Positions 18,872-28,100 are shown, counted from the first letter of the stretch. The stretch: DNA of 33,301 nt from Sulfurovum sp. (GCA_026985755.1 JALSPX010000191.1:1-33301); one strand, 5' to 3'. Notes: generated by a model from the letters alone, not told the origin. A program made the numbers and translations.

Positions 18872-19102
18872 ATGAAGTTAATAGATTTACAAAAAGGAAA
18901 CAGAGCTACCATCGTCAAAATACACGCCGATAAAGCACTCAAAGACAGACTCAGCTCTTTTGGTGTCATGCGTGGGGAAGAACTGCTTATCAAAGGCTGT
19001 TCTCTTGCGAAACAAACGATGGAAATAGAAGTAGGTTCTACACTGATTGCATTGCGTAAAGATGAAGCAGAACAGATAGAAGTAGAACAGATAGACGTGT
19101 AG
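18872..19102 (+). CDS. feoA: Ferrous iron transport protein FeoA
   Basis: 76 aa; 'L.DLQKG.RATIVKI...RLSSFGVMRG...IALRKDEAEQIEV' FeoA SH3-like pattern; 1 nt after feoB. Confidence 0.92.
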   Translation: MKLIDLQKGNRATIVKIHADKALKDRLSSFGVMRGEELLIKGCSLAKQTMEIEVGSTLIALRKDEAEQIEVEQIDV

Positions 19103-19123
19103 GTGCGATTGTATCGCACCTAC
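19099..19123 (+). repeat. GTAG-type REP-like palindrome (copy 1)
   Basis: GTAGGTGCGAT-TGT-ATCGCACCTAC: perfect 11-bp stem that contains the feoA stop codon. Confidence 0.75.
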
Positions 19124-19151
19124 GGTTTATATACAATAACAGGAAAACAAA

Positions 19152-20282
19152 ATGAACAAAATAACACTAGGCACACTTTATATAATGATAACAACTCTTA
19201 CAATCAATGCTAATATTTTTGAGGAGATAAAAACCTCTGGCTATCTCAGAGCAGCTTATGAGATACACGCTGTCAAAGAGAGTGACACTTTTAAAGATGG
19301 TGCCATAGGAGGAAAGCTACATATAGAAACAGCACCCTATTTGGGAATCCAATTTGGCACAAGTTTTTATACTTCTAACGCTTTAGGCTCCAGTGACAAT
19401 ACTGGCTTGGTACCCTTTAGAGGAGAAGTTGCTAACTCCTATACTATTTTGGGTGAAGCTTACGTTCAAGGAACATGGGGAAATACACGCGTCAAGATAG
19501 GTCGTCAAGAGATAGATACCCCTTTTGCCCAAGTAGATGACATAGGGATGGTTCCCAATACATTTGAAGCGTATATACTACAAAACAGAGACATACCAGA
19601 TACCACACTTTTTTTAGGGCAGATTCAAAAAATGGCAGGGGTAGATGCAGCAGTAGTTGATGCCTTTACTCCTGTGAATGGAGATAACAATATGCAAGTA
19701 ATAGGTGCTACCTATGAAGGGGTAGAAAATCTCACACTTTCTGCATGGTACTACCGCATCAAAGATGCAGCGGTTGATAGCATAGCCTACATGGAAGCAA
19801 ACTATGAAATAGAAAACTACAGCATTGGAGTACAAGTAGCCAAACAGGGGTACAGCATGGGCAAAGATGCCAAGGTATTTGGTATCACTGCGAGTACCCA
19901 GTATGCACCACTAGGTCTAAGCTTCTCTGCTAGCTACAACAAGGCATGGGACAATGCTGCATTTTCGGGCTTCTGTGGTGGACCATTTTTTGCCAATTCT
20001 GAGTATCTCATCCCTGCCAATGCTGGGGTAGCTGGAGCGCAGAGTAACATAGGTATAGCGTGGGATGCTACTACCATACGCATAGAGAACCTAAACATCT
20101 CTCTCAACCATGCCCTACTCAAAAACCAAGCCAAACAAAAAGCCACAGAGACAGACCTGGTCATAGGTTACACCCTAGGCAAACACTTGGAGACACATCT
20201 CATCGCTTCGTATATCAAGGGTAAAAATGTGGGTGAGGATGATGCTAGGCATCTACGGGTGTTTTTGAATTATGACTTTTAG
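19152..20282 (+). CDS. OprD-family outer-membrane porin
   Basis: AIGGKLHIETAP, LGEAYV, KIGRQEIDTPF..DDIGMVPNTFEA, SAWYY; terminal NYDF; RBS AGGA. Confidence 0.85.
   Translation: MNKITLGTLYIMITTLTINANIFEEIKTSGYLRAAYEIHAVKESDTFKDGAIGGKLHIETAPYLGIQFGTSFYTSNALGSSDNTGLVPFRGEVANSYTILGEAYVQGTWGNTRVKIGRQEIDTPFAQVDDIGMVPNTFEAYILQNRDIPDTTLFLGQIQKMAGVDAAVVDAFTPVNGDNNMQVIGATYEGVENLTLSAWYYRIKDAAVDSIAYMEANYEIENYSIGVQVAKQGYSMGKDAKVFGITASTQYAPLGLSFSASYNKAWDNAAFSGFCGGPFFANSEYLIPANAGVAGAQSNIGIAWDATTIRIENLNISLNHALLKNQAKQKATETDLVIGYTLGKHLETHLIASYIKGKNVGEDDARHLRVFLNYDF
20119..20282 (+). repeat. 164-bp direct repeat, copy 1 (3' end of OprD porin)
   Basis: Aligns without gaps to 21534-21697 with 15 mismatches by manual count (~91%). 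Confidence 0.95.
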
Positions 20283-20318
20283 GCTTGGAGTACCTATCCA
20301 CTATCAATTATATATTTT

Positions 20319-20344
20319 GTAAGGTGCGATTACCATCGCACCAC
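20319..20344 (+). repeat. REP-like palindrome (copy 2, degenerate)
   Basis: GTAA-GGTGCGAT-TACC-ATCGCACC-AC has the same stem core as 19099-19123. Confidence 0.7.
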
Positions 20345-20376
20345 ATTAAGATTAAATCCCTTTAAGTTCTCAATCC

Positions 20377-21150
20377 TTACTTTCCGTACTGATAAAGTTT
20401 ATGTATCTCTTCAGTCGTTAAAGCCCTGTTATATATACGTAAATCATCAATTATTCCATTTAAGTAGTATAGATCCTCCATATTCCCAATTGACCAATCA
20501 TTGCTAGGTCGAGAAATCTTATCAAAAATTCTTGTTTGTTCATCTACTAAATTACCATTTAAAAACACTTTTAAAACTTCTTTATCAACCACAAATGTCA
20601 TCAAAGCAAATTGTTGAGCACTAAGTTCTCTTGTTGCATCGAAAGGTATAGATATAGACTGAGAATCACCCCAATAACCTAAAAGAAACTTTACTTCTGA
20701 AGATTCAGAATAATTATAATATCCGTATTCTCCATTTATTCCTTTATCTAATCCATTTGAGATATGAACACTAACATTATTAGCACCTGAAGTTGGTTTA
20801 TAATATTTTGTCCAAAAAGATATGGTCATAGTAGTGAAATGATTTAAGGATGAAGATTGTTGAATTCTAATCCAGTCATCTACCCCATCAAATTTAGCAG
20901 CCTTTCCTATAACACCTTTTTCATATTTAATGCCACCATGAGCAATACCATGATTCTCGTGACCACTGCTATCTCTCGCATTACCTTCAAACGGGTAATA
21001 AGCCACAAGTCCATCACTCACATTGACTTGATCTTTCTTGGTTTGATCGTTCCCTTCATTTCCACTTCCACACCCCACTATAAAAAGCGCGAAGATACTC
21101 ATGGGTATTAAATGTTTCATACCTTTCCCAATCGTGATATTTTTAAGCAT
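20377..21150 (-). CDS. LamG/concanavalin-A-like domain lipoprotein
   Basis: Lipobox IVG|C; GLVAYYPFEGNARDSSG..HG, AAKFDGVDDWI, TISFW, LNGIIDDLRIYNRALT.EEI. Start 21150 (AGGAG) or 21120. Confidence 0.88.
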   Translation of the reverse strand: MLKNITIGKGMKHLIPMSIFALFIVGCGSGNEGNDQTKKDQVNVSDGLVAYYPFEGNARDSSGHENHGIAHGGIKYEKGVIGKAAKFDGVDDWIRIQQSSSLNHFTTMTISFWTKYYKPTSGANNVSVHISNGLDKGINGEYGYYNYSESSEVKFLLGYWGDSQSISIPFDATRELSAQQFALMTFVVDKEVLKVFLNGNLVDEQTRIFDKISRPSNDWSIGNMEDLYYLNGIIDDLRIYNRALTTEEIHKLYQYGK

Positions 21151-21423
21151 AATATTCTCCTAGATTTAAAATTTAATAACTCAGATAGTAGTGAATTTCT
21201 ATTCCTAACAAATATCCTGAACCACAATTCTAGCATCAATACCTGAAAGTTCTTCAGCATACATATAGAGTATCAATTTTTATCTCCTGCAAGTCATACT
21301 TTAACCTAAAACATACAATAAAATTTGAGAACAATACATGTCACCTAAAAATAATCATCTTTTCATCCACCTATAATTATCGTTTTTATATTATCAAAAA
21401 TGTAAAAATGATAAAGGGTATTT

Positions 21424-21533
21424 ATGTTAGTCAATCGTCAAAAAGAGTTGAAACGCCTTGAAGAAAAGTATCTAAAGAGTATTCTCGGTTTACCGTTCTC
21501 TATGGACGACGGCGCGTAGGGAAAACAACCCTG
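21424..21533 (+). pseudogene. 5' stub of an archaeal-type/AAA P-loop ATPase, frameshifted and truncated
   Basis: MLVNRQKELKRLEEKYL, then after a 1-nt frameshift near 21473 KEYSRFTVLYGRRRVGKTTL (Walker A). The sequence then switches abruptly to porin sequence. Confidence 0.8.
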
Positions 21534-21697
21534 TCAAAAATCAAGCCAAACAAAAAGCCACGGAAACAGACCTAGTCATAGGTTACACCCTAAACAAACA
21601 CTTTGAGACACATCTCATCGCTTCGTATATCAAGGGTAAAAATGTGGGTGAGGATGATGCACGGCATCTGCGGTTGTTTCTCAATTATAATTTTTAG
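21534..21697 (+). pseudogene. 164-bp direct repeat, copy 2: orphan porin 3' end
   Basis: Encodes KNQAKQKATETDLVIGYTLNKHFETHLIASYIKGKNVGEDDARHLRLFLNYNF* with no start or upstream porin sequence. Confidence 0.92.
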
Positions 21698-21698
21698 A

Positions 21699-21865
21699 TG
21701 TTGCATAAGTTCAAAAACATCTGGCACTTCGTAAAGGAGTAAAAGATGCAAATAGATTATCTGTTTTATGGGATAAAAGGGTTTGAAAGGTTTGCCTATT
21801 ATTGCTATCGTTATGATATGATAAGTCAAGAAGCACAAAAAAGATACAAAAAGGATACACTATGA
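21699..21865 (+). mobile_element. Probable IS left-end remnant with 39-codon chimeric ORF (21746-21865)
   Basis: AAGGAG RBS at 21734-21739, then MQIDYLFYGIKGFERFAYYCYRYDMISQEAQKRYKKDTL*. The N-terminus resembles, from recall, IS481-like DDE transposase starts. The stop overlaps the antitoxin start (ATGA). Confidence 0.4.
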
Positions 21866-22131
21866 AATATAGCAATGAAGAAGTTGAACTTTTAGATGCC
21901 CTCGAAACACAAGAACCTGAACGTGTAGATTTTGATAATGAAGCCTTAAAAGTCATGGCAAAAGATACACTGGAGTATCTCAATGAAAAAAAACAAATTA
22001 GCATCAACCTAAAACGGGCAGATTTAGACTTTATCAAACAAAGAGCCCAAGATATAGGCATTTCTTATCAAAGTATTATCCAGTCTTTGGTACATAACTA
22101 TAGCACAAATAAGTTGGAGTTGAAACTGTAA
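21862..22131 (+). CDS. CopG/BrnA-like ribbon-helix-helix antitoxin (orphan)
   Basis: Acidic N-terminus 'EEVELLDALE'; C-terminal RHH 'KKQISINL...DLDFIKQRA..IGISYQSIIQSLVHNY'. No intact toxin ORF upstream. Confidence 0.8.
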   Translation: MKYSNEEVELLDALETQEPERVDFDNEALKVMAKDTLEYLNEKKQISINLKRADLDFIKQRAQDIGISYQSIIQSLVHNYSTNKLELKL

Positions 22132-22200
22132 AGTATCAAAGATAGCTTTACATATTTACTATTTTTGGCTAGACTAGACACAATCTACAAAGGAGCTACA

Positions 22201-22503
22201 TTGAAAAAGTATATCATTCAATATTTACTATTGTTTTCTCTCTCTTTCAATATAGCCCATGATACTATACTTGCAACCAAGGTTGAACATTCTGCATCAG
22301 TAGAGCATTATGTGCTAGAACAAAGTAGTGCGTCACATTGTGAAGATGGATGTGATTTACATCATTGTTTTCATTTTATGGCAATCCTTGAAGAGGCTTC
22401 ACCCTCACTACTTTGTCCACAAAACAAAAGTAATCTTCAGCAACACTATACCTACCCTATTCCTCCATTTAAACAAAGTACCATCAAACCTCCTATAGCC
22501 TAA
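22201..22503 (+). CDS. Small His/Cys-rich exported protein with Pro-rich C-terminus (CzcI/DUF2946-like)
   Basis: TTG 22201 follows AAGGAG; hydrophobic N-terminus; HCEDGCDLHHCFH; ends PIPPFKQSTIKPPIA. First gene of the RND cluster. Confidence 0.7.
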   Translation: MKKYIIQYLLLFSLSFNIAHDTILATKVEHSASVEHYVLEQSSASHCEDGCDLHHCFHFMAILEEASPSLLCPQNKSNLQQHYTYPIPPFKQSTIKPPIA

Positions 22504-22553
22504 TTTATTTTAATATCGACCCATACATTAAATTAAAGCAATAAAGGCTACAT

Positions 22554-22877
22554 ATGAAAATACCTCTCTTTATACTTTTGTTATCGCTATTTACAGTGGC
22601 AAATGAAAGTAACCCATTACTTGTAGATAGCAGTATCAATCTACAAAATTATAACCACAAACCCTCGCTTATACTAAAGCATAGGTACAAATTAAAGCGT
22701 CTAGCACGTATTTCACCGATAAAAGCAAAGGAAATCACAGCTCAAGCATGTAAAGAGCCTGTGGTATATCAAAGGCTTACACATAAAGGTCAACTCCTTT
22801 TTTATATGTCTGTGACCAATACCTGCGCACTTAAAATTAATGCCCTAGATGGCACGATTATTTCAAAGGCTCAATAA
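22554..22877 (+). CDS. Small exported protein with PepSY-like C-terminal domain
   Basis: Signal peptide; 'ARISPIKAKEI...LFY...LKINALDGTII' PepSY pattern; abuts the TolC gene. Confidence 0.6.
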   Translation: MKIPLFILLLSLFTVANESNPLLVDSSINLQNYNHKPSLILKHRYKLKRLARISPIKAKEITAQACKEPVVYQRLTHKGQLLFYMSVTNTCALKINALDGTIISKAQ

Positions 22878-24080
22878 ATGAAACAACTAGCAATATACTT
22901 AGCATCTATATTCATCTTGACTACTACTATGACAGATGCTTCGACATTAACACTCAAAACATTACTACAGACTGCCAAGAGACATAATGCACTCTCAAAA
23001 TCTCTCGATCAGCGTGCCTTGGCTACAACAGCACAAAGTTTGGCTGATACTGCGAGCGATCCATTGACACTGAATGCCGATACAACAAGGGCAATACCAG
23101 ATAGTAGTCTTAGTGGCTATGAATACAGTATAGGTCTCTCAAAAAATATAAAACTAGGCACTATTCAAACGCAAGAACGCCAGATAGCGCAATTGCAGTC
23201 TCAGGCTTCTCGTATAGAAGGTGAAAAAAGCGTACTCTCTTTTAGAAATACTCTCAAAAATCTCTATCACCAGCACTGTTTGGATAGAGAAAAATATAGC
23301 ATCATCAAACACAGTTATCGTGATTTTCTCACACTTTACAAGAAAAAAGAAAAAGCCTATGAATATCATGAGATATCTAAAACTGAATTGATGCAACTAG
23401 CCAGTGAAAAACGTAAACTCTTTGCCCAGCTGGAGCAAAACAAAATGCTGTTGAATATCTCTAAGCAAAAAGTACTCATGCTTAGTGGTGCCAATAGCAA
23501 TACAAAAACAAAACTCTCATGTAGAGATACCTACCCTATACGTAGTCATATTCGACTGGGAAATACCTTTGGGCTTTCTAAAAAAGCAAAACAAAAAAGA
23601 GTTCAAAGTACGCAAAAAATGATAAAACGATATAGCCACTCCTTGGAATCACTCTCCATCAATGGACAATACGGTAAAGAACTAGATGTCGATAGATATA
23701 CTATCGGTGTATCTATACCTCTTAATTTTTCTTCTTCGAAAAATGAACATGCCCGTGCTGCTGCTATGTATAAAGCCTCATCTATCGAGTATGCTTATAC
23801 CCAAAATATGAAAGAGAGAAAAGCCCTTCTCTTTGAACTCAAAGCACAACTTAAAAGCCAAGCCTCTATGATAAAAACACTTTCACAAAATTACAAAGCG
23901 TATAAAAACAAGCTTTTGCCTTTGATTAAAAAAAGTTATGATTTGGGAGAAAGCTCGGTGATAGAATATTTGTTAAACAGACAAAAATTATACACACTTA
24001 ACCAAGAGATATATGCCAATAAAAAAGCTTACTACACCACACTCTTCAACCTATACACACTCAGCGAAAAAAAGGATTAA
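22878..24080 (+). CDS. TolC/CzcC-type outer-membrane efflux protein
   Basis: Signal peptide, helical repeats, 'IGVSIPL', 'KSYDLGESSVIEYL'; directly upstream of MFP and RND genes. Confidence 0.85.
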   Translation: MKQLAIYLASIFILTTTMTDASTLTLKTLLQTAKRHNALSKSLDQRALATTAQSLADTASDPLTLNADTTRAIPDSSLSGYEYSIGLSKNIKLGTIQTQERQIAQLQSQASRIEGEKSVLSFRNTLKNLYHQHCLDREKYSIIKHSYRDFLTLYKKKEKAYEYHEISKTELMQLASEKRKLFAQLEQNKMLLNISKQKVLMLSGANSNTKTKLSCRDTYPIRSHIRLGNTFGLSKKAKQKRVQSTQKMIKRYSHSLESLSINGQYGKELDVDRYTIGVSIPLNFSSSKNEHARAAAMYKASSIEYAYTQNMKERKALLFELKAQLKSQASMIKTLSQNYKAYKNKLLPLIKKSYDLGESSVIEYLLNRQKLYTLNQEIYANKKAYYTTLFNLYTLSEKKD

Positions 24081-24083
24081 ACC

Positions 24084-25157
24084 ATGAAAAAAAGATTATT
24101 ATTCTCTATAGTACTGACACTGTCACTCAATGCAGAAGCAATCAAAATGACCCAAGAACAGGCAAAAAACTGGAATATCAGTATAGAAGTACCCAAAGCA
24201 TCGAATACCTATCCTTTTGGGGAATTTATCGCTCATGTAGTCACGCCACCAACGTTATTGCACACGATATCTTTGCCTTTTGAAGCCAATGTACAAGCAC
24301 TCTATGTCGCAAAATATCAACATCTAAAACGTGGTGCACTTCTGGCTAAAGTCACAGGGACAAAATGGATAGAAGTACAGCAACAAGCTATTGCCGAAGC
24401 CATAGAATATAAACACCACAAACATCTCACAGAACGTAAAAATATGTTGTGTAAAGAAGAGATTATTCCACAAAAAGAGTGTGTCGCTGCCAACGCAGAA
24501 CTAAAATCTGATACCATAAGAGTAGCAGCTTCAAAAGCACTACTCAAAGGATATGGTGCCAGCGAGCGTATGATTGAAGCACTATTTGAAAAATTTGAAC
24601 TAAGCAACACGATTAATATCACTAGCCCCATCGAAGGAAACCTCATTTCCCTCAGTGCCACACCAGGTAAAAGCACCAATCCTGATGATGCATTGTTTGT
24701 CATTAAAAAAGAGGGTGCACTATGGTTAGAAGCCAATATAGAAGCCCAACGTACCCAAAAACTCCATGAAGGTGAAAAAGTAGAAATAACGTTAAATGAC
24801 AAAACATTTCAAACAACCATACTACAAATCGCTCCTGTCATTAATCCAGAAAATCAAACACGTCAAGTACGGTTTTTAATACCCAAAACCACAAATATTT
24901 ACTCAGGTTTTATAGGAAGTGCAAAACTTACACGCTATACCGATGTGCTTAAAGTAAAAAAGAATTCTGTGATTAAACAAGGGGGCACGCAGATTGTTTT
25001 TGTCAAAACCGATGAAGGTTTTGTGGCAGTACCTGTTGAGATACTTTCTGAAGATAAAGTCTATTATTATTTGAAAACCTCTCCACGACTTAATCATGAA
25101 ATAGCAACCAATTCTTTGGCTATCTTGAAAAACCTACTAGGTGGCGACGATGAATAA
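24084..25157 (+). CDS. RND periplasmic adaptor (CzcB-type membrane fusion protein)
   Basis: ITSPIEG lipoyl-like motif, LWLEANI, IAPVINPENQTRQVR, QIVFV..GF..VPV. Confidence 0.9.
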   Translation: MKKRLLFSIVLTLSLNAEAIKMTQEQAKNWNISIEVPKASNTYPFGEFIAHVVTPPTLLHTISLPFEANVQALYVAKYQHLKRGALLAKVTGTKWIEVQQQAIAEAIEYKHHKHLTERKNMLCKEEIIPQKECVAANAELKSDTIRVAASKALLKGYGASERMIEALFEKFELSNTINITSPIEGNLISLSATPGKSTNPDDALFVIKKEGALWLEANIEAQRTQKLHEGEKVEITLNDKTFQTTILQIAPVINPENQTRQVRFLIPKTTNIYSGFIGSAKLTRYTDVLKVKKNSVIKQGGTQIVFVKTDEGFVAVPVEILSEDKVYYYLKTSPRLNHEIATNSLAILKNLLGGDDE

Positions 25158-28100
25158 AATTATTGGATTTGCCCTTGCACAAAGGCTTTTCTTTTCTCTT
25201 TTGGCTGTAGTGATACTTGGGCTGGGTATTAAAACCTACAATGAGTTACCAGTAGATGCATTTCCTGATATCTCACCCACACAGGTGAAAATCATTATGA
25301 AATCTAACGGTATGACCCCTGCAGAAGTAGAATCTGGTATCACGGTACCTATTGAGACAAAGATGGTTGGTATCCCTTATGAAACGATGATGCGTTCTAC
25401 CACCAAATATGGTCTTGTAGACATCACCATAGACTTTGAAGATGGTACCGACATCTATTGGGCAAGACAACAAGTAGGTGAGAGGCTTGCTGAGATTCAA
25501 GGAGAACTACCTGAGAATATCACAGGAGGATTAGCCCCTATTTCTACACCACTGAGTGATATTCTTATGTTTACCATAGAGTCTGACACCTTAACACTTG
25601 AAGCAAAACGTACACTCTTGGATTGGATTATCTCTCCTAAAATACGTGCAATTAGCGGTGTAGCCGAAGTCAATGCCTTGGGTGGCAAAGTAAAAACATA
25701 TGAAGTCGTACCAAACCTTAATCAAATGCGTGCAAAAGGTATAACACTCGATCAACTCTTTGAAGCACTCGAGAAAAACAATAAAAATGATGGTGCAGGT
25801 CGTGTATCTCAAGGGGTAGAGAGTATCTTGGTCAGAAGTGTGGGAAGACTTAAAAATATCCATGACATCCAAACGCTACCTATTCGTAAGATTGGTGATC
25901 ATATTATTACCTTGGGTGATGTCGCTACTGTGCACTTTGGGTATCTCACACGTGCAGGATTTGTAAGTAAAAATGGTGAAGGAGAAGCAGTACAGGGTCT
26001 CGTGCTCGGGCTAAAAGGCATCAATACAGCCATCGTTTTGGATAAAGTCAAAAAAGAGTTATCTGCTCTTGAAAAAATGTTACCTCATGGTACCAAAATA
26101 GATATTTTTTATGACCGTTCTGAACTTGTTAACCTAGCTACAGACACTGTAAAATCTGCACTTTATGAGGCCATTGTATTGATTATGGTTATCTTGCTTT
26201 TAATGCTTGGAAACTTGGCTTCAGCGGTGAGTGTAGCCCTTATTTTACCTTTTGCATTACTTATGAGTTTTATGGCAATGCAATACTTTGGGCTTACAGC
26301 CAACCTCATGAGTCTAGGTGGACTTGCCATTGCTATTGGGATACTGGTGGATTCTGCGGTGGTTGTCGTAGAGCATATTACCGCTGAATTGGGTAACCCC
26401 AAACGTCAACGTCATAGTAAACTACATATTATTTATGAAGCCACAGTCGAAATGGCACCTTCTATTATTACAGGTGTTTTGATTATTATCATCGTATTTT
26501 TACCTATCTTGACACTAGAAGGCTTAGAGGGAAAACTGTTTAAACCTGTGGCTTTGAGTATTATCTTTGCACTCTTTAGTTCTTTGGTTTTGGCATTGAC
26601 ACTTATTCCTGTGTTGAGCTCTTTTATTTTAACAAAACGACCCGATCCTGAGTCTTTTGTGGTGCGTTACCTTACCAAAGGCTATAGACCTATTCTAGTA
26701 TGGTCACTCGATCACGCCAAAATCGTCATTCTCTTTGTGCTCATGCTCTTTGGGGGTTCACTCTATCTTGCAGATAAAACAGGAAAATCTTTTATGCCTA
26801 CCATGGATGAAGGCAGTATTATCATCGGGGTAGAGATGTTACCCTCTATCTCACTCAAAGAGAGTTTGGCACTCAATCTGAAAATACAAAAAAAGCTCAT
26901 AGCTTCTGTGCCTGAAATAGAAAATATCATTGCCAGAACAGGAAGTGATGAATTAGGACTGGACCCAATGGGACTCAATGATACCGATACTTTTCTAGTA
27001 CTCAAACCCAAAGAGGAGTGGAGAGAGCCTTCAAAAGAGTTTATTATCAATGAGATACGCAAAGTCCTTGATGAATTTGTAGGGATTGAATATGGCTTTA
27101 CACAACCTATAGAAATGAGAGTCTCAGAGATGCTTACAGGGGTACGAGGAGATTTGGCTATTGCTATTTTTGGTAGCGACAATGCTGTCCTTGAATCTAT
27201 CGCCGTTGAGATAAAAGATCTCTTGGAAAAAATACCCGGAAGTGCAGATGTTTACAAAAAAGCCAATGAAGGGGTAGAATATTTTGAGCTTGAATTTGAT
27301 AAAAAAGCGATGGCATATTATGAAATTACACAAGAGGAGCTCAATAACTTTTTAAAAGTGATGGTGACAGGATTAGATATTGGTGTCATTCAAGAGGGTA
27401 TGCGTCGTATTCCTCTTGTGGTCAAAGGAGATGATGCCTTACAAAACTCTCTTGATAGGATTAAAAAACTATACTATCCTGTAGCAGATGGTAAATCTAT
27501 ACCCTTAAGTAACTTTGTCAAATTTGTCTCCAACGCAGGACCCGTACAAATAGAACACGAACATGGTTACAGAAAAACCATTGTACAATCCAACGTAGAA
27601 GGTCGTGACCTCGTGAGCTTTGTAGAAGAAGCCCAAAGAAAAATAGAAAATGAGATTAAACTACCTGCAGGATATTATGTAGAGTATGGTGGTGAGTTTA
27701 AAAACCAACAAAGAGCGGCAAAACGTTTGGCTATTATTGTGCCTTTGGCACTCTTTTTAGTCTTTATTTTACTCTTTGTCTCATTTAAATCCTTGCGGCA
27801 AGCATTGATGGTCCTTATTAATGTACCATTGGCACTCATAGGTGGATTTATTGGGCTCTATTTTAGTGGGGAGTATATGTCTGTACCTGCATCTGTTGGG
27901 TTTATCGCCCTTCTTGGTATTGCAGTTCTCAATGGTGTGGTGCTCGTGAACTATTTTAATTATCTTATACAAAATGGTTCTACGCTCAAAGATGCTGTCA
28001 TTGAAGGATCGGTAAAAAGATTGCGACCTGTATTGATGACAGCGATTATTGCAGCATTTGGGTTACTCCCCCTACTCTTTGCAACAGGTCCTGGCTCAGA

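Noticed and set aside
21170-21420. Possible further gene fragments upstream of the LamG gene on the minus strand
   Set aside because: Only short, stop-interrupted frames with no motif I can support.
21590-22061. Minus-strand ORFs 21590-21838 and 21711-22061 as a toxin partner
   Set aside because: They are antisense to the porin duplicate, IS stub and antitoxin, and show no toxin motifs.
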